A stretch of 64,000 nucleotides of DNA. Origin: a virus (taxonomy: Duplodnaviria; Caudoviricetes). The notes under the pieces are model-generated. The model was not told where the DNA came from and made no database searches. It was given only the letters and a program-made list of their open reading frames with translations. Where the stretch lies: IMG/VR virus record IMGVR_UViG_3300050034_000334; one strand, 5' to 3'. Positions 18,940-25,596 of the stretch are shown here, in pieces (the stretch's first letter is position 1; each line of letters opens with the position of its first letter). The position numbers and the translations under genes are program-made.

Positions 18940-19125
18940 ATGGCCGAAATCATCATACTCGACGACATGGCTCGATACAATGCACACCTTGCCAAGTGTG
19001 ATCAGTGTTGGTATGCTAGATTTTGCTGGGATATGTGTGATAAGGGAAGGGAATTACAGGAGAAATCGTTTGCGATAAGAGTTTTGGCGACCCTGATGGG
19101 ATTTGAACCCACGTTCCCGGCTTGA
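18940..19125 (+). CDS. small Cys-rich hypothetical protein, 3' end antisense to tRNA-Glu
   Basis: 61 aa ORF with H..C..C..C..C; last 13 codons overlap tRNA antisense. Confidence 0.35.
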   Translation: MAEIIILDDMARYNAHLAKCDQCWYARFCWDMCDKGRELQEKSFAIRVLATLMGFEPTFPA

Positions 19126-19161
19126 GAGGCCAGTCTCCTAGGCCATCTAGAGGACAGGGTC
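19085..19161 (-). tRNA. tRNA-Glu(CTC)
   Basis: Cloverleaf GACCCTG/CAGGGTC, loop CT-CTC-AA, TTCAAAT T-loop, encoded CCA. Confidence 0.95.
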
Positions 19162-19174
19162 GTATGTGGAAAGT

Positions 19175-19251
19175 TGGTAGCGTGTATGGGATTTGAACCC
19201 ATGATTCCCTGCGTGAAAGGCAGATGTCCTTGACCACTAGACGAACACGCC
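19175..19251 (-). tRNA. tRNA-Glu(TTC)
   Basis: GGCGTGT/ACACGCT, loop CT-TTC-AC, encoded CCA. Confidence 0.95.
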
Positions 19252-19338
19252 ACAGTCAAATTCTATCCCGGATGATTGAGTCGTCCAGCGGTGTTTTCCT
19301 GGCATGGATAACGCTGAACAGTTCGACCCGGGAATTTC

Positions 19339-19414
19339 TGGTGGAGATAACTGGAGTCGAACCAGTGGCCTCCGCAGTGCGAGTGCGGCGCTCTCCCAAC
19401 TGAGCTATACCCCC
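19339..19414 (-). tRNA. tRNA-Ala(CGC)
   Basis: G3:U70, A73, loop CT-CGC-AC, encoded CCA. Confidence 0.95.
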
Positions 19415-19434
19415 GAAAAACTGCTACAAAACTT

Positions 19435-19510
19435 TGGTGGAGACAGAGGGGTTCGAACCCCCGACCTCTTGCTTGCAAAGCAGGCGCTCTCCCAACTGAG
19501 CTATGCCCCC
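19435..19510 (-). tRNA. tRNA-Ala(TGC)
   Basis: G3:U70, loop TT-TGC-AA, one C-A mismatch in anticodon stem, encoded CCA. Confidence 0.93.
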
Positions 19511-19616
19511 ACGATGTCAGACAACAGCGCCTGACGGATAAATTCATCAGCATGAGAGGCGTCGAGTCGAGCCAAGCTCTGATCTCGTCCCTCTGGTTCA
19601 TACTGCCTTGAAGTCT

Positions 19617-19692
19617 TGGTGGAGATGACAGGGTTCGAACCTGCGACCTCAACGCTGCCAGCGTCGCGCTCTCCCAACTGAGCTACACCCCC
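19617..19692 (-). tRNA. tRNA-Ala(GGC)
   Basis: G3:U70, loop CT-GGC-AG, encoded CCA. Confidence 0.95.
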
Positions 19693-19889
19693 ACTATCAC
19701 GAAGATACCACTGTGCCGCAAGCCTCTTGTGTACGCTATTCAAATCGGCATCCAAATGTTCCTTCATGGTTCTCTCCATACTCAATCTTGGAGCGGGTTT
19801 CCAGGTTTCCCTGTTTCATGAACTGGCTCCATCCTGCAGGAACAGATAACCAGACATGCTTCCTTGCGGAAGCCCGCATATCAAAAAGT

Positions 19890-19966
19890 TGGCGGGGCCG
19901 ACGAGACTTGAACTCGCGACTTCTTGCGTGACAGGCAAGCACTCTGACCAGCTGAGCTACGACCCC
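19890..19966 (-). tRNA. tRNA-Asp(GTC)
   Basis: GGGGTCG/CGGCCCC, G73, loop CT-GTC-AC, encoded CCA. Confidence 0.95.
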
Positions 19967-20760
19967 GCATTGTGCTTGTCATATATCTGAAACAGATCAG
20001 AGATAGCCAAGCCAGAAAACTTTTCAGCAAATGCAAATACTTCGGATAGATCACTTTCAAAAAGGAAAGTCACATTTGGATGAGCCTTTTGTTTTGCCTC
20101 AGTTTGAGCAGAAGGCCATCCCTTGATTTCTATGAGTTTCCCATCCACTTCAAAGTCAGGAAAGAATTTCTTAAAAGATCCTTGGAATTCGTACTTCAAC
20201 CCCAGCCTATTTCTCTGGATTGATTTCCCATTTTCTAGACACCAAATCAAGAAAGCACATTCCCAAGTTGATTGAACTAGAAATCCTCTGAATCTTCCTT
20301 GTTTTCCTCTTCCTCCCTTTTCTCGAAAACCACCTATCCTATTTGAGTTGTGAATACCCAACATCCGAATCATTCGTACACAATCATCCGAGCAAGTTAT
20401 CCTCCCCTTTAAGGAAGGTTTCCCACAATATTTGCAAGGAACAGGAACTCGATTTCTGTCCCTTTCCTGCCGCTCTTTGCTTCGTATCTCTAGGATTCTC
20501 TTGTGACTTTCAGGACTCCAAGGATTCCTTGAAGCAAAACTACGAGCACAGGATATCTTGCAAAACCGTTCTTTCTCTCCCTCCTTAATCTCTTTTTGGA
20601 AGGTAGTGTTACAATTCTCGCAAACAAACTGGCAAGTGATCCGATTATTACAACAAGGTTTCTTAATTCTAGGTCGCAGAGAACAGTTCCGGATATGCGC
20701 TCCCCAAACTTGACCCCTTTCGTTCCCCCTCATCAATCTGCACCACTGGCACTGACTCAT
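19957..20760 (-). CDS. putative homing endonuclease, PD-(D/E)xK type with N-terminal Cys-rich zinc fingers
   Basis: STWE...PDF...IEIKGW nuclease motif; several CxxC pairs; AT-rich; sits between tRNA-Gly and tRNA-Asp. Confidence 0.75.
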   Translation of the reverse strand: MSQCQWCRLMRGNERGQVWGAHIRNCSLRPRIKKPCCNNRITCQFVCENCNTTFQKEIKEGEKERFCKISCARSFASRNPWSPESHKRILEIRSKERQERDRNRVPVPCKYCGKPSLKGRITCSDDCVRMIRMLGIHNSNRIGGFREKGGRGKQGRFRGFLVQSTWECAFLIWCLENGKSIQRNRLGLKYEFQGSFKKFFPDFEVDGKLIEIKGWPSAQTEAKQKAHPNVTFLFESDLSEVFAFAEKFSGLAISDLFQIYDKHNAGS

Positions 20761-20762
20761 GA

Positions 20763-20796
20763 TTCCGACCTCCTATAATCAAATAGGAAGTCGGAA
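20763..20796 (-). promoter_or_regulatory. 14-bp hairpin sequestering the endonuclease Shine-Dalgarno
   Basis: TTCCGACTTCCTAT-ttgatt-ATAGGAGGTCGGAA-tc-ATG; AGGAGG lies in the 3' arm. Confidence 0.8.
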
Positions 20797-20803
20797 TTCA
20801 AAG

Positions 20804-20875
20804 AGCGGGTAGTCAGATTTGAACTGACGCATGATAGAGTGGAAGTCTATTGCCTTACCACTTGGCGATACCCGC
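20804..20875 (-). tRNA. tRNA-Gly(TCC), no encoded CCA
   Basis: GCGGGTA/TACCCGC, U73, loop CT-TCC-AC. Confidence 0.92.
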
Positions 20876-20892
20876 AACTTGTACAACAAAAT

Positions 20893-20967
20893 TGGAGCGG
20901 CGGATGGGATTTGAACCCACGACCTCTTGCTTGGCAAGCAAATGTTCTACCACTGAACTACCACCGC
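20893..20967 (-). tRNA. tRNA-Gly(GCC)
   Basis: GCGGTGG/CCGCCGC, U73, loop TT-GCC-AA, encoded CCA. Confidence 0.95.
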
Positions 20968-20972
20968 TCATC

Positions 20973-21083
20973 TGACGTGAATGAGTTTCGATTCATGTCT
21001 GGAATGCGCCCCCATAAACCCACCGCGATTGCCCCAATGGGCTTATGGTGGAGCAGATAACCCAAACACATCGACTCACGTCA
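20973..21083 (-). ncRNA. long imperfect hairpin between permuted tRNA-like RNA and tRNA-Gly
   Basis: TGACGTGA/TCACGTCA outer helix; inner 14-bp CCATAAGCCCATTG/CGGTGGGTTTATGG. Confidence 0.55.
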
Positions 21084-21088
21084 TAAAT

Positions 21089-21232
21089 CTCTGCACGAAC
21101 GAAAAGTGAACTTCGTTTTTTAAGGCGTCCTAACCCCTAGACGACAGCCCCATGATTTGGCGGGGCCACCAGGATTCGAACCTGGGTATCCTCCTTGACA
21201 GGGAGAACAAAATTCTGACGGCTCGTGCAAAA
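21089..21232 (-). ncRNA. circularly permuted tRNA-Asp(GTC)-like RNA (Y RNA YrlA-like, two-piece or permuted tRNA; class unresolved)
   Basis: Order on minus strand: anticodon arm (21206-21190), ATAC, T-arm, TGGCCCC-G-CCA (to 21158), linker AATCAT, GGGGCTG (from 21151), D-arm; leader and trailer pair in two further helices. Confidence 0.8.
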
Positions 21233-21236
21233 CCTT

Positions 21237-21314
21237 TGGTGCGCCGTCAGGGATTCGAACCCCGGACCTACTGCTTGTAAGGCAGCCGCTCTAACCGGAC
21301 TGAGCTAACAGCGC
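21237..21314 (-). tRNA. tRNA-Val(TAC)
   Basis: GCGCTGT/ACGGCGC, loop CT-TAC-AA, encoded CCA. Confidence 0.95.
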
Positions 21315-21327
21315 ACATCTTAGTACC

Positions 21328-21358
21328 AAAACGAAAAGGACAGCCGCTTGGGCTGTCC
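21328..21358 (-). terminator. intrinsic terminator-like hairpin just upstream of tRNA-Val
   Basis: GGACAGCC-caagc-GGCTGTCC then TTTTCGTTTT. Confidence 0.7.
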
Positions 21359-21870
21359 TTGGTTGAATCTCGCTGAAGTTTAGCTGATTCGCACCAAGGA
21401 CAGATGCCCGGTATCCACGCCCTCCGCTGCTTCAGCGGCGACGACCGTTGCAACTGCTCCGACGAATTCAACCATGCTCTTCATGACAATCTCCATAATA
21501 CTACGGATTTGCTCTCCGTAAACTACTATTTTTGCCACCAGGCAAAAGATTTCGCGTGTAGGAGGATGATAGCCCAGACACTGGTGACCAGATGTGACTA
21601 TCACCACTACACGCATCTCAAACTTTGCGACGGAGTTTAGCACCCTCTAAAGTGTCGCTCACTCCATCGTTCAGGAAGGTTTCGCACTTTCGCGTACACC
21701 TACAACCCTGTCATCTAGGACATCGCTGTTATGCTAGTTCATCGAAGCTCAATTTGTCGGCGACCCGCTCTGGTCGTCCTGCGCTTCTGTTCGATCTTCC
21801 GACATGTTTCCATGCCTACCGTCTTCGAATTTCAGACCGCTCTGGTCGTCCTGCGCTATCGCCTGATTAC
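21359..21870 (-). ncRNA. candidate large structured non-coding RNA
   Basis: About 510 nt with no convincing long ORF; many helices, H-type pseudoknot pattern, 21-nt direct repeat, ends at a terminator. Confidence 0.45.
21765..21857. repeat. 21-bp direct repeat, 2 copies, 51 bp apart
   Basis: ccgctctggtcgtcctgcgct at 21765-21785 and 21837-21857. Confidence 0.95.
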
Positions 21871-21872
21871 CT

Positions 21873-22256
21873 CTACGGAGCAACTTGGGAAAACGGGTAA
21901 TCCTTGTCATCTTTGATGATTTTCACTTCAATGAGAGAGTCTTTAAGCTGATCGTAAACCTCAGGCGAGATATTGACACAACCCTCAGTCACGTTCCTTC
22001 TCTGTAAAGGATCAGCGGAATCCAATCGTTCCTCACGATGCTGAGAAGGAATTAGAAGCCACGTTCGATGGATAGCATACACTCTGTCTGGTAGCTCATC
22101 AAACACAAGAATGTCTCCGCCGTAGCCAGGAGCCTTAGTGCTTTTATGAACCACGGAGAAATCACCAGTCGGAGTTAATCTGCCGACCAAGGCCGGGTAG
22201 CAGTGGCCTTGGAAACAGATCAACGCCGAGTTGAGAAGAATAAAAGCGACGATCAT
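21873..22256 (-). CDS. L,D-transpeptidase (YkuD-like) catalytic domain protein
   Basis: LVG..TPTG.F, YAIHRTW ... TEGCVN His/Cys motif; hydrophobic N-terminus. Confidence 0.8.
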   Translation of the reverse strand: MIVAFILLNSALICFQGHCYPALVGRLTPTGDFSVVHKSTKAPGYGGDILVFDELPDRVYAIHRTWLLIPSQHREERLDSADPLQRRNVTEGCVNISPEVYDQLKDSLIEVKIIKDDKDYPFSQVAP

Positions 22257-23251
22257 TACTGGCTAATCTTCTTGGTTTCTTGTGGAAACACGGTGTAAGC
22301 AGGAACAGGAACAGGAGTTGGAGACGTAGCTGTCGCCGGCACTGGTGATGCTGGAGGCATCGCAACTGTGGGAGTTGTCACAACCTGAGGAGGAATAATG
22401 GATTGTGGCTGTTGTGTAACTGGCGCTGCTGGAGATGATGCGACGACTGGATTCGTCATCTCGGCCACCTGAGCATCGGAGATTTGGACAGCCATAACGA
22501 TCAGACCTTCTTTGTAAACAGGTCCTGCTGTCGCATGGTTGAGACCAGTTCCGGCACTGTATGCCTGAGATCCCGTAGCAGCGGAGCCGGTCAAAGCTGC
22601 ACCGACCGCGCCCATGCCAACTCCCCATCCCGTGGTTGTGGTGCTTGTCGTTGTCACCTTCTTAACCAAGAAGATACCGTTCGCATGCATGTGCAGCGTC
22701 TCGATCACCGCCTTGGCAATCACGTCGATAGTGTTGGATTTCTTTCCACCTTGAAGGAAGATGTACCCAACGCGAGAAAACTTGGAGTCATCGAAAACCA
22801 GGATCGGTTTTCCATTTTCCTCAACGATTCTCCCATCCTTACCGATGAGTGCCTTCGTCGGCAGAGACTTGAGAATTTTGCAGGTGCTGAACTGATAACT
22901 GCCGTCAGCCATCCTGTTGACTCGTGCCGACACCCCTCCGTTGTACATCTGCTTGGCCTCGCCGAGAGTGATTTCTTCGGGCAAAGAGACCAGGTTATCC
23001 ATGATATTGGCGCCTGTGCTCCACGGCCCCAGATACACTTCCACTGGCGCTTGATAGGGTGCTACTGGTGATGCAAACCACCGACCCGTACTCGGATCAG
23101 AAGCTGCATAGTTTTGGTTGACCACCGACGATGACCCTGCTGTTGCTCCCGATGTTGCTCCGGATGTCGTCATAGTCTGTGCGAATGTCGTAGCCACCGC
23201 GAATGCCATTAATGCGATTGTGGTAGCAGCAAGTAACCTCTTCACGTTCAT
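22256..23251 (-). CDS. secreted/envelope protein with signal peptide
   Basis: Sec signal ending TFA|Q; Thr/Gly-rich alternating segment; Pro/Thr-rich tail; AAGGAGA RBS. Confidence 0.8.
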   Translation of the reverse strand: MNVKRLLAATTIALMAFAVATTFAQTMTTSGATSGATAGSSSVVNQNYAASDPSTGRWFASPVAPYQAPVEVYLGPWSTGANIMDNLVSLPEEITLGEAKQMYNGGVSARVNRMADGSYQFSTCKILKSLPTKALIGKDGRIVEENGKPILVFDDSKFSRVGYIFLQGGKKSNTIDVIAKAVIETLHMHANGIFLVKKVTTTSTTTTGWGVGMGAVGAALTGSAATGSQAYSAGTGLNHATAGPVYKEGLIVMAVQISDAQVAEMTNPVVASSPAAPVTQQPQSIIPPQVVTTPTVAMPPASPVPATATSPTPVPVPAYTVFPQETKKISQ

Positions 23252-23267
23252 AAATCTCCTTTATGTA

Positions 23268-23289
23268 GGTGGGAGGTTATCCTCCCACC
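23268..23289. promoter_or_regulatory. 9-bp intergenic hairpin between the two secreted-protein genes
   Basis: GGTGGGAGG-ttat-CCTCCCACC; no U-tract on coding strand. Confidence 0.55.
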
Positions 23290-23319
23290 CATCATTGTTG
23301 AGGTCAAAACGCAGTAGAA

Positions 23320-23961
23320 CTACGGCTTGAAAGTGGGAGTAATGGACGATGTCGACACTGTGGAAGCAACGCTGGTAACAGAGTAGCCTCCGTTCACCCC
23401 AGCGATGAGCGTATTGCCCTTGCCAGTGGTGGAACCGGAACCAGTAACCACATTTCCAACGGTCGGAGAAGGGCCATTGCCGGCGTACAAGAATGCACCA
23501 GAGGTAGCGGTGCTGCCCTGTGCTCCGTTGCTGATGTCACCATTCGAAACTCCGGCCACGGTCTGCATGGAACCGCTGCCACTGACAGCCGCAGTGTATC
23601 CGTTATTGGCATACACAGCTACGCCAGCGGTGTTCTGGGTGTTTCCAAATGTGGTCGCGCTATGGTCGGTGAGAGATCCATTGACCGTCGAACTGCCGGT
23701 GACCCGTGCTGTTCCGTTCGCGCCGTCGTTGTACTGCCATGAACTGGTGGGAACTGCAACATTCGTGCCGGTGAACGAAGCCGCACTGATCTGACCGCCA
23801 CCTGCACCATAATAACCAGCCGAATTGGTCTGGTTAACGACAGCGTTGTTGATCTGGGTCGTACTTCCGGATACGACGACGGGATTCTGAGCAATTGCCA
23901 TCGTTCCGGCGGCAATGAGCGCAGCAATGGTCAACGTGCTAAATGCAAACATCTTTTTCAT
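23320..23961 (-). CDS. secreted Gly/Ser/Thr/Asn-rich beta-structured protein
   Basis: Sec signal ending AIA|Q; almost no charged residues in mature part; AGGAGAG RBS. Confidence 0.8.
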   Translation of the reverse strand: MKKMFAFSTLTIAALIAAGTMAIAQNPVVVSGSTTQINNAVVNQTNSAGYYGAGGGQISAASFTGTNVAVPTSSWQYNDGANGTARVTGSSTVNGSLTDHSATTFGNTQNTAGVAVYANNGYTAAVSGSGSMQTVAGVSNGDISNGAQGSTATSGAFLYAGNGPSPTVGNVVTGSGSTTGKGNTLIAGVNGGYSVTSVASTVSTSSITPTFKP

Positions 23962-24280
23962 AAACTCTCCTAAAGCGAGACGCTGGTTGTGAGATTACCT
24001 CGATGGGCAATCTAGTGAACTACTTCGCGATTCCGCGATAGGATCTTACGGCATCGCACTACGGAACTTCTACGAGTATCAATTTCAAAACGGGTACATC
24101 CTGCAGAATGTTTTTCATAATTTTCATCATGTAGGATTATCTCTTCCAACGCTTTCGTTGGCGACCGCTCAGGTCTTCCCGCGCATCAGGTTTAGTCCTT
24201 GTGAGATTGCACCCTGATCGCACTTGGTAGACCGGCGCTGGTCGCCCAACGAGACTCTACGCAATAAGTTATGGAAACGG

Positions 24281-24532
24281 TTACAGAGCAGTATCCTTCG
24301 GAGGCTGAGGCTGCTCTTTGGGAGGCAAGCTAGCAGTCTTGAAGACCGGAGGAGGCAAGTTGGCAGTGAAGCTCTTGAAGTCTGCAATCAGCAAATTCAA
24401 GAACTTGTAGATGAAGACGTACCAACCGCTCGATGCCGTAGTTGGAACTGGCAGAGACTGAATCAAAGCTGAGGCAACCTGATTTACCACGTAGAAAATC
24501 AGAAGCCATTGGACAGGAATTGTTGTCGACAT
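24281..24532 (-). CDS. small membrane protein (holin-like candidate)
   Basis: Two hydrophobic segments, Pro-rich charged C-terminus. Confidence 0.55.
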   Translation of the reverse strand: MSTTIPVQWLLIFYVVNQVASALIQSLPVPTTASSGWYVFIYKFLNLLIADFKSFTANLPPPVFKTASLPPKEQPQPPKDTAL

Positions 24533-24634
24533 AAGAACCCCCACTGGAGAGGGGTTGGAAATCAAAAAGAGGGTGTAAGAATCCTCCTCCACAGAGAATC
24601 CCTACACCCTAACCCGCAAAATACTTCAAGTTTC

Positions 24635-25564
24635 TTAGACCCGCTTCTCACCATGAGGCAGTTGCTTCAACGTCCACTTGGCGATCAGTTCGTCCATCAT
24701 CTCAATACTGGATTCGACCTGTCTCTGCTCGTAAGTGCACCTGGAAATTGCGCTGGTCCGGATGTGTTCGTACCGGGTTGTGCCACGAGCGTATTTGCGA
24801 AATTCGTTGTTGCCATTCACGCGAACGATTTCGGTCTGTTCGTCAGCAACCTGATTGTGAAGGTCCAGGATGCTCTGAATGAGCTCATCGCGCTTCCTGT
24901 TCAGAGTGATCTTGTAGGCTTCGCATCCTTCTGTACCCAGTTCGTACGGCAGGAATCCAACGCCAGGGCAGCTACCAACGCGGCAACCGTAGTAGTGGCC
25001 GGTGCCACCGGAGATCTCGAAACCGTGGTGAACCATCTTGCGGCTGGCGTTTGTCTTGTAAAGACCACCGCATACCGGGCAGGTGCCGGTGTTCGTGAGA
25101 TCGATCACGGTCGGATTGATTGCCGGCTTGCGACCCTTTTCGATGAAGGACTTGGTGGACTTCACCAGTTCGGCGAGCATCGCGGCTTCGGTCAGTGTGG
25201 CGATGTACTCAGCCAGTTCCGGAGCATTCTTGACAACCTTCATCCGTTTCAGGAATCCAGGTGTATTTGAGAAAGCCGCGATTCCCAGGTTGTGGCGGGG
25301 ATCGGTATCTGACCAGGTGCAGAAGAGCTCGCTGCCACCGCAGGGATAGTAGAAATCGCGGAGAGGGTCAGAAAGAACCTCTTCAACCTTGTCCCAGACG
25401 TTGGAGATGGTGGACTTGGCGTTCTCGTAATCAACATTCCAGATGTGCTTGTCAGCCAGCCCTGCCTCAAAGATCGCCTTTGCTTCAGCAAACTTCTGCA
25501 CGCTGAGATAGGTGGGAACCTTGCTGTTGAGGAGGATGTCCGTAATTTTTGGGGTGCTGATCAT
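24635..25564 (-). CDS. hypothetical protein with Zn-binding motif
   Basis: GTCPVCG...HHGF...SCPG. Confidence 0.8.
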   Translation of the reverse strand: MISTPKITDILLNSKVPTYLSVQKFAEAKAIFEAGLADKHIWNVDYENAKSTISNVWDKVEEVLSDPLRDFYYPCGGSELFCTWSDTDPRHNLGIAAFSNTPGFLKRMKVVKNAPELAEYIATLTEAAMLAELVKSTKSFIEKGRKPAINPTVIDLTNTGTCPVCGGLYKTNASRKMVHHGFEISGGTGHYYGCRVGSCPGVGFLPYELGTEGCEAYKITLNRKRDELIQSILDLHNQVADEQTEIVRVNGNNEFRKYARGTTRYEHIRTSAISRCTYEQRQVESSIEMMDELIAKWTLKQLPHGEKRV

Positions 25565-25596
25565 ACCTCTCTCTACGGATATGAAAGGCGGATCGG

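Noticed and set aside
21110-21215. Self-splicing (permuted group I) or BHB-type maturation of the permuted tRNA
   Set aside because: Joining GCCT to CC would give a perfect CCTCC/GGAGG stem, but there is no terminal G before the 3' exon, no group I core and no clean bulge-helix-bulge.
20970-21232. Canonical (one- or two-piece) tmRNA call
   Set aside because: No G3:U70 or A73, has a real D-stem and anticodon arm, and no convincing tag frame; kept only as an alternative.
19002-21471. ORFs running through tRNA genes (e.g. 19263-19652, 19501-19785, 20839-21060)
   Set aside because: Translate tRNA sequence; 19501-19785 has a plausible RBS but no other support.
21765-21857. Mini-CRISPR array from the 21-bp repeat
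   Set aside because: Only two copies, repeat too short, 51-bp spacer, no cas genes in window.
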